Positions 30,964 to 40,791 of a stretch of DNA of 64,000 nucleotides are shown here, piece by piece (the first letter of the stretch is position 1; each line of letters opens with the position of its first letter). The stretch spans positions 1,568,220 through 1,632,219 of the forward strand of contig OZ242328.1 of the NCBI GenBank assembly GCA_965208295.1, in the 5' to 3' direction. Origin of the DNA: Longimicrobiales bacterium (GTDB lineage Bacteria; Gemmatimonadota; Gemmatimonadetes; Longimicrobiales; Gaopeijiaceae). The position numbers and the translations under genes were made by a program. Below the pieces are notes generated by a model. That model saw nothing but the letters and a program-made list of their open reading frames with translations. It was not told where the DNA came from and ran no database searches.

Positions 30964-32289
30964 ATGACCGGACCACTGCGCGACTTCGCCCTCGCCCTCG
31001 GACTCGTCGCCTACGCCGTGAAGAAGCGTCTGCAGACGGGAAGCTGGCCCACCGGCGTGAAGGCCCGCAGCGGGGGGGTGGTCGGCCTGGAGCGGCGGGC
31101 GGAAGGACCGCGGATCCTGGTCCACGGCGTGAGCGTGGGCGAAACGCATGCGCTGGAACCCTTCGTTGACGCGCTGGCGGCCTCCCCGCTCGGGCCCGAC
31201 GTGGTGGTGAGCGCGAGCACGGAGACGGGGTTCGAACGGGCGTGCCGGATCCATGGGGGGCGCCATGAAGTGGTGCGCTATCCGCTCGACTTCACCTGGA
31301 TGGTCGGCCGTTTTCTGGACAGGGTGCGTCCCGATCTGGTGGTGCTGGGCGAGTTGGAGTTGTGGCCGTCTTTTCTGGCGGCGTGCGCGCGGCGGGGGAT
31401 TCCGGTGTGCGTGGTGAACGGGCGGCTGTCGGAGCGCAGTTATCGGGGGTATCGGCGGTGGAGGCCGTTTGCGCGGCGGATGTTCCGGCGCCTGGCCTGG
31501 GTGAGCGCGCAGACGGAGGTGTACAGGGACCGGTTCGTGGCGTTGGGGGTGCCCGCGGACCGGTTGGTGGTGGGAGGGAGTCTGAAGTGGGACGCGGCGC
31601 TGAAGGAGCCGGATGAGGCGCAGGCGGAGGCGCTGGCAGAGGCGCTGGGGATCGACCGGGGGAGGCCGCTGATCGTGGCCGGGTCGACGGGGCCGGGGGA
31701 GGAGGAGGTGCTGCTGCGCGGGGTGCCCGGGGGGTGTCAGTTGTTGCTGGCGCCGAGGAGGCCGGAGCGGTGGGACGAGGTGGCGGGGATGGTGGAGGGG
31801 ATGAGGCGGCGGAGTGGGGGTGGTGGGATGGGAGGTGGGGTCGGTGGGATGGAGGAGTATGATCAGGGCATGCGTGTGGGTGGGCAGAGTATGCGTGGGG
31901 GTGGGCTGAGTGTGCATAAGGGTGGGCAGAGTGTACCACGTGTTTTTCTCCTCGATACGATTGGGGAGCTGTCGGCGGCTTACATGCTGGCCGACGCGGT
32001 TTTCGTCGGGCGGAGTCTGGTTCCGCTGGGCGGGTCCAACCCGCTGGAACCGGTGGCGCTGGGGAAGCCGGCCGTGATCGGGCCGCACCACGAGAACTTT
32101 GCGGGGGTGGTGGCCGAACTGGTGGCTGCGGGGGGACTGGTGGTCAGCGAGGATCCGATGGCGGTGATTGCGGGGTGGCTGGAAGACCCGGGTGCGGCGC
32201 GGGGGGTGGTGGCGGGGGGACGGATGGCGCTGGAGCGGAATCGTGGCAGCGCGGAGAGGGCGGTGGGGGGGGTGCGGGGGTTGCTGTGA
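30964..32289 (+). CDS. waaA: 3-deoxy-D-manno-octulosonic acid (Kdo) transferase
   Basis: ILVHGVSVGETHALEPFV, ...LLLAPRRPERWDEV..., ...VFLLDTIGEL..., ...VFVGRSLVPLGGSNPLEP.... Divergent from the GT operon. Carries a Gly/Met-rich insertion (see findings). Confidence 0.85.
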   Translation: MTGPLRDFALALGLVAYAVKKRLQTGSWPTGVKARSGGVVGLERRAEGPRILVHGVSVGETHALEPFVDALAASPLGPDVVVSASTETGFERACRIHGGRHEVVRYPLDFTWMVGRFLDRVRPDLVVLGELELWPSFLAACARRGIPVCVVNGRLSERSYRGYRRWRPFARRMFRRLAWVSAQTEVYRDRFVALGVPADRLVVGGSLKWDAALKEPDEAQAEALAEALGIDRGRPLIVAGSTGPGEEEVLLRGVPGGCQLLLAPRRPERWDEVAGMVEGMRRRSGGGGMGGGVGGMEEYDQGMRVGGQSMRGGGLSVHKGGQSVPRVFLLDTIGELSAAYMLADAVFVGRSLVPLGGSNPLEPVALGKPAVIGPHHENFAGVVAELVAAGGLVVSEDPMAVIAGWLEDPGAARGVVAGGRMALERNRGSAERAVGGVRGLL

Positions 32290-32504
32290 CTGCGGCATCG
32301 CCCGACACCGCGTCGGTGCATCACCTTGCAGTCGCTTACGTTATGCTGGCCACCGCGCTATTCCCGCGCAGGCGCGCTTCCGCTGGTATGGGATGTCTCG
32401 TCAGGCGTAGATTGGAGGGACACGACGAGCGTGTATGGCCGAGGCCCCAGGGGGAGTGAGCTCTTGACGCGCAAACAAGGCCGAGTCCGGTTTTCCTGGC
32501 CGGT

Positions 32505-34802
32505 ATGCCTGGCGATGTCCGCGGGTGCTGCAGATCCCTCGCAAACGAGCCCGTGAGGTCATCGCTTCGCAGTCTCGCGTCGGAACTTCGCGCCGACACC
32601 TTCTCGACGAAGGCTGTACCGGCGCTGGCTACCGGCTTCACCTCGGGCCTCGCTCTGCTCGTAGCCCAGGTCGCCTACGGGAGCCTGATATTCTCAGGGC
32701 CGCTGGCTCCGTTTTCCTCCCAGGGCATCGGCCTGGTGCTGTTCGGGAACTTCGCCGCCTGCTTCCTCATTGCCCTCACGGGCGGCTTTCGCGGGGCGAT
32801 ATCGGGGCTGTCTCCCGCGCTTGTCATCGTGATGGCACAGGTCGGCGCCACGATGGGTGCCCAGGGCGACTCCCTTTTCGTCACCACCACGGTGGCGCTC
32901 ATGATCGGCGCGGTCGCCGCCGGCACGTGCTTCCTCGTGATCGGGCGATGCGGACTCGCCAACCTGGTGCGCTTCGTCCCCTTTTCGGTCGCGGCCGGCT
33001 TCGTGGCCGGGATCGGGGGAGCCGTGTGCCTGGCCGCCATGACCTTGATGGGAGTGGAGACGGGATGGCGCTCGATTCCGGCGCTCTTGCAGCCGCCGGA
33101 GCTCTGGAAGTGGAGCCCCGGGCTGGTGTTCGGCGCCGTCCTGTACTTCGCGATGAAGCGGTGGGGCCGTCCGCTCATCCTGCCCGTCGGCGTCGCGCTT
33201 GCCGTGGGTGCATACCACCTCGCGCTGGCCCTCCTCGGCATCTCCGGCGACGAGGCGAGGGCGGAGGGTCTTCTGCTGACGAGCACCTCGGAAGCGAACC
33301 TGTGGCCAGCCCTGGGGCTCGCGGATCTGGCCCATATGGACTGGACGGCGATGGCCATGCAGCTGCCCACCCTGCTTCTCGTGGTGCTGGTCGCGCTCAT
33401 CGTTGTGATCATGAATCTCGCTGGCCTCGAGATGGCGGCGAACCAGGATCTGGACTGGAACCGCGAGTTGAGCGCGACGGGGTTTGCGAGCGTGGTCGCG
33501 GGCCTCGGCGGCGGCACGCCCGCGAGCATGATCGTGCCCGCGTCGCTGCGCAGCAAACTCTTCGGAGCAGCCACCCGCCTCACCGGAATCATCGCGGCCC
33601 TTGTCATCGCGGCCGCCCTGTTTCTGGGCGATGGGATGCTGGATCTGGTCCCGGTTCCGCTCGTGGGGGGCATTCTGGTCTTCGCCGGCCTCGGCATGCT
33701 GGACGAGGGGCTCGTGAGAAGCCGAAAGCGACTTCCCTGGACGGAGTACGGCGTCATCGTGCTGATCGCGGGCGTCACCGTGGTGTTCGGGCTGTTCGAG
33801 GGTGTGGGCGCCGGGATGCTGGCCACTCTGCTCTTCTTCGCCGTGCGCCTGAGCCGGGTGGACCCGGTCGGATCACGCTTTACGGCGCGCGAGCGCCGGA
33901 GCACCAAGGGGCGTTCGGTCCCGGACCGCGTCATCCTCCAGGAGGAAGGGGAGCGCGTGCTGGTGTGGCGGCTGCGCGGCTACATCTTCTTCGGAAGCGT
34001 GTACCCGCTGGCCGACCAGCTCAGGGAATCGCTGAGCGCCGACCCGCGCCCCGCCTGCGTAATGCTCGATTTCACGGACGTCTCCGGCTTCGATTTCTCG
34101 GCGGTGAACGTCCTCGCGAGGTTTCTGAAAACGGCGAAAAGAGCCGGCGTGAAGGTGGTCCTGAGCGCGCCATCGGAGCAGGTGAGGACCGGCCTGGAGC
34201 GCAACCTTCCCCCCTCGGAGTTTGCCGCTCTTGGGGTCGAGCCGAATGCGGACCGAGCGCTCGAACACTGTGAAGAGATCGTGATCGAGTCGTGGAAGGC
34301 GAAGGCTGGCACGGTCGACGAGCACCGCGCCTCGGTATTGGAGCGCGCCGCCGCCGACCTGGACAGCCAGTTGGAGCAGCGAACCCGTTTCGAGGACATG
34401 GTCGAGGAGCTGCACAGCTGGCTGAGTCCGCGCCGGTACGCCCCCGGCGAGGTCCTCGCGGGGCCGGACGTGCCGGGCGAAGGCCTCCAGTTGCTGACAT
34501 CCGGCCGGGCTTCCGCCCACGATGCCGCGGGCACGCGCTTCCGCCATTACGCGCCGGGCGATGCGATCTGGCCCGTCGATCCTTCGGACAAGTTGGCCCC
34601 CACGGTGAGCGCGGACGCGGCGTGCACGACGATGCTGTTGACACCGGCCGCCCGGCGCAGGCTGGAGGAGGAGGAAGAGCACCTGGCGCTGAAGCTGTAT
34701 CGGCACCTGCTGGCCGGACGTTTCGCAAGCGAGCCGACGGTCTCCGTGCGCGATGATGCCATCCCACCGGAATCCAGTTCCCGATCGGAGTCGGATTCAT
34801 GA
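32505..34802 (+). CDS. SulP-family anion transporter fused to STAS and cyclic-nucleotide-binding-like domains
   Basis: About 10-12 TM SulP core (ATGFTSGLALLVAQVAYGSLIF...). STAS-like (VLVWRLRGYIFFGSV...MLDFTDVSGFDFSAV...). C-terminal cNMP-like beta-roll (...RRYAPGEVLAGPDVPGEGLQLLTSGRA...). Exact start uncertain. Confidence 0.75.
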   Translation: MPGDVRGCCRSLANEPVRSSLRSLASELRADTFSTKAVPALATGFTSGLALLVAQVAYGSLIFSGPLAPFSSQGIGLVLFGNFAACFLIALTGGFRGAISGLSPALVIVMAQVGATMGAQGDSLFVTTTVALMIGAVAAGTCFLVIGRCGLANLVRFVPFSVAAGFVAGIGGAVCLAAMTLMGVETGWRSIPALLQPPELWKWSPGLVFGAVLYFAMKRWGRPLILPVGVALAVGAYHLALALLGISGDEARAEGLLLTSTSEANLWPALGLADLAHMDWTAMAMQLPTLLLVVLVALIVVIMNLAGLEMAANQDLDWNRELSATGFASVVAGLGGGTPASMIVPASLRSKLFGAATRLTGIIAALVIAAALFLGDGMLDLVPVPLVGGILVFAGLGMLDEGLVRSRKRLPWTEYGVIVLIAGVTVVFGLFEGVGAGMLATLLFFAVRLSRVDPVGSRFTARERRSTKGRSVPDRVILQEEGERVLVWRLRGYIFFGSVYPLADQLRESLSADPRPACVMLDFTDVSGFDFSAVNVLARFLKTAKRAGVKVVLSAPSEQVRTGLERNLPPSEFAALGVEPNADRALEHCEEIVIESWKAKAGTVDEHRASVLERAAADLDSQLEQRTRFEDMVEELHSWLSPRRYAPGEVLAGPDVPGEGLQLLTSGRASAHDAAGTRFRHYAPGDAIWPVDPSDKLAPTVSADAACTTMLLTPAARRRLEEEEEHLALKLYRHLLAGRFASEPTVSVRDDAIPPESSSRSESDS

Positions 34803-36751
34803 GGCGCTGTGCCCTCATTGCGCTGATATCCGCCGCCATCGCCTGCGGACGGGAACCCGATGCCACGACCGGCTGGCCGTTCGTCGGCGCCGACCAGGCG
34901 CACACCAAGTACTCCGCGGCGGACGAAATCACGGCGGCCAACGTCGCCGAACTGGAGATCGCCTGGACATGGGAGCCGAAGGAGGCGCCACTCGAGGAGT
35001 ACGGCACGCTCCCAGGCTCCTTCCAGGCGACCCCCATCCTGGTCGGCGATGTCCTCTACCTGTCCACCATGTACACGCGGGTGGCGGCGCTCGACGCCGA
35101 AACGGGCGCTGAACTCTGGACCTTCGACCCGAGGGCGTACGAGGGTGGACCGGTCGGTGCGGGGCCGCGCGGCTTCAAACACCGGGGCGTCGCGTTGTGG
35201 AGCGACGGGGACGAAGAGCGCGTCTTCCTCAACAGCCGCGACCGGCTGTATGCGATCGATGCCGCGACCGGTGACCTGGACGCGGACTTTGGGGAGGGTG
35301 GGAGCATCGTGCTGACCGAGGGGCATGGCCGCCCTGTCACCCGTTTCGAGTTCGATCAGACCTCGCCTCCGGTGGTCTTCGAGGACCTGGTGATCGTGGG
35401 GAGCCGCGTGCCCGACGGGGTGCAGCGCAGGTTCGACCCCCCCGGGACGGTGCAGGCGTTCGATGTCCGCACGGGCGAGCGGCGCTGGGTGTTCTTCACC
35501 GTCCCGCAGTCGAGCGACGACTTCGGCGCGGACACCTGGGAGGACGAGTCATGGCGCTACACCGGCCACGCCAACGTGTGGGGGCTGATGTCGCTCGATG
35601 CCGAGCGGGGGCTTCTCTACGTGCCGACGAGCACGCCGAGCAGCGACTACTGGGGGGGACGCCGCAGGGGGGCGAATCTGTTCGCCGAGTCGCTGGTGTG
35701 CCTCGATGCGCGCACGGGCGAGCGGCGGTGGCACTTCCAGGCCGTGCATCACGGCGTGTGGGACTACGACCTGGCCGCGGCGCCGAACCTGGTGACGATC
35801 AACGTGGACGGGCGCGAGATCGACGCAGTGGCCCAGGTCTCGAAGCATGGCTTCACCTTCGTGTTCGACAGGGTGACGGGCGAGCCGGTGTGGCCGATCG
35901 AGGAGCGTGCGGTAGACACATCGACGGACGTGCCGGGCGAGGTGTTGTATCCTACGCAGCCGTACCCGACCCGGCCGCCGCCCTTCGGCATGCAGGGCGT
36001 GTCGCTCGAGGACGCGAACGATCTGACGCCGGAGATCCACGCGCTTGCGGTAGCGGAAATGCAGCGATTCCGGCTGGGCCCGCTCTTCACGCCGCCGAGT
36101 CTTCGGGGAACGCTCCAGCGCCCGGGCACGATCGGGGGGGCGAACTGGGGCGGGGCGGCCTTCGACCCCGAGACCGGGATTCTGTACGTGCGGACATCGG
36201 AAGACGTCGACCCCAACCAGCTCTGCGCGAATATGGGCGACGACCCGCGCGTCGATGTCGAATACAGCAACAACTGCCCCTATGGCGCGACGCTCGTCAT
36301 GTTCCAGGAGGCTGGCGGGGCGGGCACGGCAGAGACCCCGGAGAGCGAGCTGGGCCCGATCCCGATTACCAGGCCGCCCTGGGCGCACCTGGTCGCAATC
36401 GATCTCAACGCGGGTGAGATCGCGTGGAGGGTGCCATTCGGGGAGGGGAGCGAGGAGATCCGCACCCACCGGCTGCTTCGCGGCGTCGATCTGCCGGAGC
36501 GGCTCGGGACGATGGGCAACCCGGGTCTGCTGGTGACCGGGGGGGGACTCGTGCTTCTTGGCGGCGGCGAACCGTACTTGTACGCGTTCGACAAGGCGAC
36601 CGGTGACGAAATCTGGCGTGGCGCGACGCCGCTGCGGACCAGCGCGAACCCGATGACCTACCGGACGCGGTCGGGGCGGCAGTTCGTGGTCATCGCCACG
36701 GGTGGCGGGGCGGACGCGGCGCTGGTGGCGTTCGCGCGACCGGGGCGGTGA
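34799..36751 (+). CDS. PQQ-dependent dehydrogenase (soluble/lipoprotein, glucose/quinate type)
   Basis: Lipobox ISAAIACG. WPFVGADQAHTKYS..., ATPILVGDVLYLST..., ALDAETGAELW and repeated W-motif propeller blades. The ATG overlaps the SulP stop (ATGA). Confidence 0.85.
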   Translation: MRRCALIALISAAIACGREPDATTGWPFVGADQAHTKYSAADEITAANVAELEIAWTWEPKEAPLEEYGTLPGSFQATPILVGDVLYLSTMYTRVAALDAETGAELWTFDPRAYEGGPVGAGPRGFKHRGVALWSDGDEERVFLNSRDRLYAIDAATGDLDADFGEGGSIVLTEGHGRPVTRFEFDQTSPPVVFEDLVIVGSRVPDGVQRRFDPPGTVQAFDVRTGERRWVFFTVPQSSDDFGADTWEDESWRYTGHANVWGLMSLDAERGLLYVPTSTPSSDYWGGRRRGANLFAESLVCLDARTGERRWHFQAVHHGVWDYDLAAAPNLVTINVDGREIDAVAQVSKHGFTFVFDRVTGEPVWPIEERAVDTSTDVPGEVLYPTQPYPTRPPPFGMQGVSLEDANDLTPEIHALAVAEMQRFRLGPLFTPPSLRGTLQRPGTIGGANWGGAAFDPETGILYVRTSEDVDPNQLCANMGDDPRVDVEYSNNCPYGATLVMFQEAGGAGTAETPESELGPIPITRPPWAHLVAIDLNAGEIAWRVPFGEGSEEIRTHRLLRGVDLPERLGTMGNPGLLVTGGGLVLLGGGEPYLYAFDKATGDEIWRGATPLRTSANPMTYRTRSGRQFVVIATGGGADAALVAFARPGR

Positions 36752-37272
36752 ACGCCGACCGCTTCGCGCAGGCCGAGTCGTACTGCGGCCGCGTGACGGC
36801 GGCGTTCGCGGTTGCGGGCGGCATCGCGCTCGCGGTGCTGCTCGGAGTCACCGTGGCCGAGGTCTTCTGGCGCTACGTCCTCAACAATTCGCTGCTCTGG
36901 GCCGAGGATGTCTCCACGATGTCGCTCGCGGTGGTGGTGGCGTCGGCGATCGCGTACGGTGCCCGCGAAGGCTCCCACGTCTGCGTCAACCTGATCGCGC
37001 GCGTCGCCGGACGGCGCATCACCAGAATCACGGACGCCGTGGCCCGCCTGCTGGGAGTGGCCGTCACAGTCACCGCCGCCTACGCCCTCTTCGTCCACGG
37101 CAGCTGCGGCGCCGACTGCGGGGCCGCGACCCCCAGCGTCTCCATCTCCCACACGCCGTTCTACTACGTGCTCGGCGCGTCGCTCGCCGCCTACGGAATG
37201 CTGCTCGCGTCGCAACTGTTCCTGGGGCTCGCGACCTGGCACGGCGAAGACCCCAACGAGCCCGCCGACTGA
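36748..37272 (+). CDS. dctQ: TRAP transporter small permease
   Basis: 174 aa with 4 TM segments (...VAEVFWRYVLNNSLLWAEDVS...). The GTG overlaps the dehydrogenase stop. Confidence 0.8.
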   Translation: MNADRFAQAESYCGRVTAAFAVAGGIALAVLLGVTVAEVFWRYVLNNSLLWAEDVSTMSLAVVVASAIAYGAREGSHVCVNLIARVAGRRITRITDAVARLLGVAVTVTAAYALFVHGSCGADCGAATPSVSISHTPFYYVLGASLAAYGMLLASQLFLGLATWHGEDPNEPAD

Positions 37273-38576
37273 TGGACGGGAGCATCATCGCCCTGCTCGG
37301 ATTCGTCGCCCTCCTGGCGCTGCTCGTGATCCGCGTGCCCGTGGGGCTGGCGATGCTGGTGGTGGGCGTGGCCGGAATCGCCCTGATTCGTCCGGGCGCG
37401 GTCGTGCCGGTGCTGGCGGGGGAGGTCTTCGGGGTGGCCTCGCGGTATTCCCTCACCATCCTGCCGCTCTTCATGCTGATGGGGAATCTGGCGGTGATCT
37501 CGGGGATGAGCCAGGACCTGTACCAGGCCGCCCACAGCTGGCTCGGCCGCGTCAGGGGCAGTCTCGCCTCCGCGTCGATCGTCGCGTGCGCCGGATTCTC
37601 CGCGCTTTCGGGCTCGTCGCTGGCCGCCGCGCTCACCATGGGGCGCGTGTCGCTTCCCGAGATGCGACGGTACAGGTACGCCGATTCGCTGGCCACGGGG
37701 GCCATCGCCGCCGGCGGAACGCTCGGCATACTGATCCCGCCGTCTGCGGGTCTGGTCATCTACGGGATCATCACCGAAGAGAGCATCGGACGACTGTTCA
37801 TGGCCGGGTTGGTGCCGGGGATTCTCCTCACGCTGCTGTTCGTGCTCGCCGTCTGGATCGTCGTCAGACGCGATCCGGAGAAGGCTCCCCACGCCAGCGC
37901 ACCGGTCCCGTGGCGGGATCGTCTCACGGCTACCGCACGCGCGATGTGGATCCTCGGCATCGTCGTCGTGACCATTGGCGGCATCTACGCGGGCGTTTTT
38001 TCCGCCGTCGAAGCGGCCGCGGTGGGAGCGTTGCTGACGCTGGTCGCGGCCGCCGTGCGGCGTGCACTGAACCGCAGTGCCATGAACGAAGTAGTCCGCG
38101 CCACGCTGAAGGCGAGCGGCACCGCCTTCCTGGTACTGTTCGGCGCGTTCGTGTTCAAGGTCTTCCTGGGATTTACGGGAATCGCCTTCGTCGCGGCGGA
38201 GTGGGTCACCGAACAGGGGTTTTCGGGGGCTCAGGTGGTCATGCTGGTGCTGGTCATGTTCATCGTGCTCGGCACCTTCCTCGATGGCTTCGCGATGCTC
38301 GTGCTGACCGTTCCCCTGGTTCAGCCGATTCTCGAATCACTGGGCGTCGACATGATCTGGTTCGGCGTGATGATCGTGATCACGCTCGAGATGGGCCTGA
38401 TCTCGCCTCCGGTCGGGTTGAACATCTTCGTGGTGAAGGGCGTGGCTCCCGACGTGCCGATCGGGACGATGTTCCGGGGCATCGTTCCGTTCTGGCTTGC
38501 GATGCTCGCGGCGCTGATATTGATCGCGCTGCTGCCCGGTCTCGCCACACTTTTGCCCAACGCCATGTTCGGATGA
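37272..38576 (+). CDS. dctM: TRAP transporter large permease
   Basis: MDGSIIALLGFVALLALLVIRVPVGLAM..., 434 aa, polytopic. The ATG shares one base with the dctQ stop. The track ORF start at 36702 is a spurious extension. Confidence 0.9.
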   Translation: MDGSIIALLGFVALLALLVIRVPVGLAMLVVGVAGIALIRPGAVVPVLAGEVFGVASRYSLTILPLFMLMGNLAVISGMSQDLYQAAHSWLGRVRGSLASASIVACAGFSALSGSSLAAALTMGRVSLPEMRRYRYADSLATGAIAAGGTLGILIPPSAGLVIYGIITEESIGRLFMAGLVPGILLTLLFVLAVWIVVRRDPEKAPHASAPVPWRDRLTATARAMWILGIVVVTIGGIYAGVFSAVEAAAVGALLTLVAAAVRRALNRSAMNEVVRATLKASGTAFLVLFGAFVFKVFLGFTGIAFVAAEWVTEQGFSGAQVVMLVLVMFIVLGTFLDGFAMLVLTVPLVQPILESLGVDMIWFGVMIVITLEMGLISPPVGLNIFVVKGVAPDVPIGTMFRGIVPFWLAMLAALILIALLPGLATLLPNAMFG

Positions 38577-38589
38577 CGGGAGACTACCC

Positions 38590-39591
38590 ATGAAACGCAC
38601 GCGCGGGTTTATCCGCGGACTGCTCGCGGCCAGCGTGTCGATCGCCCTCGGATGCGGGGGAACGCAGGAAGGCACCGAGTTGTCGCTCGCGCACTTCCTG
38701 CCGGCGGATCACGTTCTGAACGATGCCGTGTTCACACCGTTATCGGAAAAGCTGGCCGAGCTCTCGGACGGCCGGCTGACCGTGAGGCAATATCCGAGCG
38801 GCATCCTGAACTCGTCCCCCCCGGCCCAGTATTCGATGCTGCTGGGCGGGGTGGCCGACATCGCCCTTGTCGTCCCCGCCTACACGCCCGACCTCTTCCC
38901 GAAGACCGACCTCATCGGCTATCCGGGCGTCTGCGAGACCGCGCTGGAGTGCACCGAGGCGCTGCAGCGCGCCTGGCCCGTTCTGGAACAGGAGTACGAT
39001 GCCAAAGTGCTGGCGGTCTGGTCCAGCACCCCGCCCGTGCTCCTTACCCGCGAGACTCCGGTGCGAACACTCGATGACATCCGCGGCCTCAAGATCCGCG
39101 TGTCGTCACGGAGCGACATCCCGTTCATTGAAGCGCTCGGCGCCAGCGCCCTGATGCAGCCGGCCACGGAACTGCACCAGAGCCTGACCACCGGTGTCAT
39201 CGACGGAGTCGCCATCGGGCCGTCCGGAATCGTCGCGTTCCGGCTGCACGAGCCCGCCGCCTACCTGACCACCTGGCTGCCCATCTCCGGATTGGCGTTT
39301 GCCCTGCTCATGAACCGGGACACATACGAGGCCCTGTCGCCGGAGGAGCGGGGCTGGATCGACGAGGCGGCGGACAGCGCGCTATCGGTGGCCGGGGCCA
39401 TGGCGTTCGAGCGTGTCGATACCGAGGCGCTGGAGCTCGCGCGGGGGGTCGGGGTCGAGATTGTCGAGCTGGAGGAGGGAGAAAGGCGGCGGTTTGAGCG
39501 GGCGATTGGTGCGGTGCGGGAGGCGGGGCTGGCGCGTGATGTGGGGGGGATGACGGTGGGGGAGGTGGTGAGGTTGTTGGGGAGGGAGTGA
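38590..39591 (+). CDS. dctP: TRAP transporter solute-binding protein (DctP family), lipoprotein
   Basis: Lipobox SIALGCGG. LSLAHFLPADHVLN...LTVRQYPSGILN... is typical of the DctP family. Confidence 0.85.
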   Translation: MKRTRGFIRGLLAASVSIALGCGGTQEGTELSLAHFLPADHVLNDAVFTPLSEKLAELSDGRLTVRQYPSGILNSSPPAQYSMLLGGVADIALVVPAYTPDLFPKTDLIGYPGVCETALECTEALQRAWPVLEQEYDAKVLAVWSSTPPVLLTRETPVRTLDDIRGLKIRVSSRSDIPFIEALGASALMQPATELHQSLTTGVIDGVAIGPSGIVAFRLHEPAAYLTTWLPISGLAFALLMNRDTYEALSPEERGWIDEAADSALSVAGAMAFERVDTEALELARGVGVEIVELEEGERRRFERAIGAVREAGLARDVGGMTVGEVVRLLGRE

Positions 39592-39600
39592 AGGGCGCAC

Positions 39601-39639
39601 AGTAAACTCCAGTTTACATTTTGTCATCCACAGTTGACA
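39601..39639. promoter_or_regulatory. Second copy of the tandem dyad motif (AGTAAACT-CC-AGTTTACA, then TGTCA-N8-TGACA 21 bp downstream)
   Basis: AT-rich block between the convergent stops of dctP (39591) and the beta-propeller lipoprotein gene (39652). Its two-palindrome layout and 21-bp offset match 4581-4619. Confidence 0.35.
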
Positions 39640-39651
39640 TGCGGGGTGCGG

Positions 39652-40791
39652 TCACGGGATTTCCCGCACCTCGATCCGCGGATAGGGATCGTTCCAGCCC
39701 GCGACGATGCGCCCCGGGAACATCCTCATGATCCTCGGGAAGTCCTCGGAGATGAGCGCCCCCTGTCCCGTCGCCGCATCGACGAGGTAGGTGCGGACCC
39801 GTAGCGAGAACAGACGCCGGTAGCCGGTCTGCAGGACAATGTGGCTATTCCCGAACGGGCGAGGCTTGTCGACGATTTCAGCGCTGTTGCTCAGCATCCT
39901 GATGCGGCTGCCGTCGATGGCGCCCGCATAGAGCGGCTGAACATAGTCCTCCAGCGCCGCGGTCCAGACCGGATCGTCTTCGCCGGGACGGTGCAACCGC
40001 AGAATCGGGTGCTCGCTGAAGGCGAAGAGGACGGCGGGCGGATCGTCGAGACACGCGATCGTGCCGTCGGACAGCTGGTTCCTGAACAGCCACTGCTCGT
40101 GGAGGTACCCGTGCCCGAAGCTCAGCGTGGTATCGCCCGTCAGGTTCACCTCGTGGAGCACCCGGTCGCTGGTGCGCGTGTGGTGTACGGTGACGAACAC
40201 CCGCTCCCCGGCCGACACGCACATGTCCCGGGACGGCACGGCAATCCGGTCCAGGTACTCGTAACCGCCCGCCACCGGAGCGAACGTCTTCATCTCGGCA
40301 CGCATCCCCACGAGAAGTCTCCCGTCAGAGAGGACCGTGACGCTGTGCGGACGCGTGTCGAACTCCATGGGGCCTTCGCCTTCGCGACCGAAGCTCAGCA
40401 GATGACTTCCATCGGGACGAAAGATGCGCACATCGTAGTTCACCGCGTCGAGAACCACGACGTTCCCGTCGCGGTCGAAGGTGACATCGCCGATCATGCC
40501 GAAGAGCTCCGGACCCTCGCCACGGTTTGTTCCAAGCGCCCGGGTCGTGTGGGCGCCGAGAAGCCTGTCGCGGGCAGCGTGCCACTCGGCCAGCGCTTCC
40601 GCCGAAAGCCCGACGGGTTCGCCGCCAACCGTGATCAGGGCCGCATCCGCCGGAGGCCCGTTTTCGTCTGTCGGGTGGAGTTCTTCGCCGGCATCCAGGT
40701 TCAAGTCCGGCCCACAGGCGGAGAATGCGAGCAGGGCGAGGAGGGGAAGGATGGAGAGGCGAGCGAGGGGGTTGCGACCGCGCATGGACAA
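39652..40791 (-). CDS. Six-bladed beta-propeller (NHL-like) lipoprotein
   Basis: MSMRGRNPLARLSILPLLALLAFSACG lipobox. Repeats of the type GEGPELFGMIGDVTFDRDGNVVVLD / GEGPMEFDTRPHSVTVLSDGRLLV. Paralogous to 57959-59050. Confidence 0.7.
   Translation of the reverse strand: MSMRGRNPLARLSILPLLALLAFSACGPDLNLDAGEELHPTDENGPPADAALITVGGEPVGLSAEALAEWHAARDRLLGAHTTRALGTNRGEGPELFGMIGDVTFDRDGNVVVLDAVNYDVRIFRPDGSHLLSFGREGEGPMEFDTRPHSVTVLSDGRLLVGMRAEMKTFAPVAGGYEYLDRIAVPSRDMCVSAGERVFVTVHHTRTSDRVLHEVNLTGDTTLSFGHGYLHEQWLFRNQLSDGTIACLDDPPAVLFAFSEHPILRLHRPGEDDPVWTAALEDYVQPLYAGAIDGSRIRMLSNSAEIVDKPRPFGNSHIVLQTGYRRLFSLRVRTYLVDAATGQGALISEDFPRIMRMFPGRIVAGWNDPYPRIEVREIP

Noticed and set aside
30940-32298. 452-aa His/Pro-rich minus-strand ORF.
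   Set aside because: It is antisense to waaA, whose motifs are clear. The HSAHPYAHSAHPH repeats merely reflect the G-rich insert on the other strand.
40325-40791. C-terminal two-thirds of the 250-aa ORF 40325-41077.
   Set aside because: After about 95 sensible residues the frame overlaps the propeller lipoprotein gene, which has a strong lipobox start at 40791, and becomes Arg/Pro-rich. Only the N-terminal remnant is reported, as a pseudogene.
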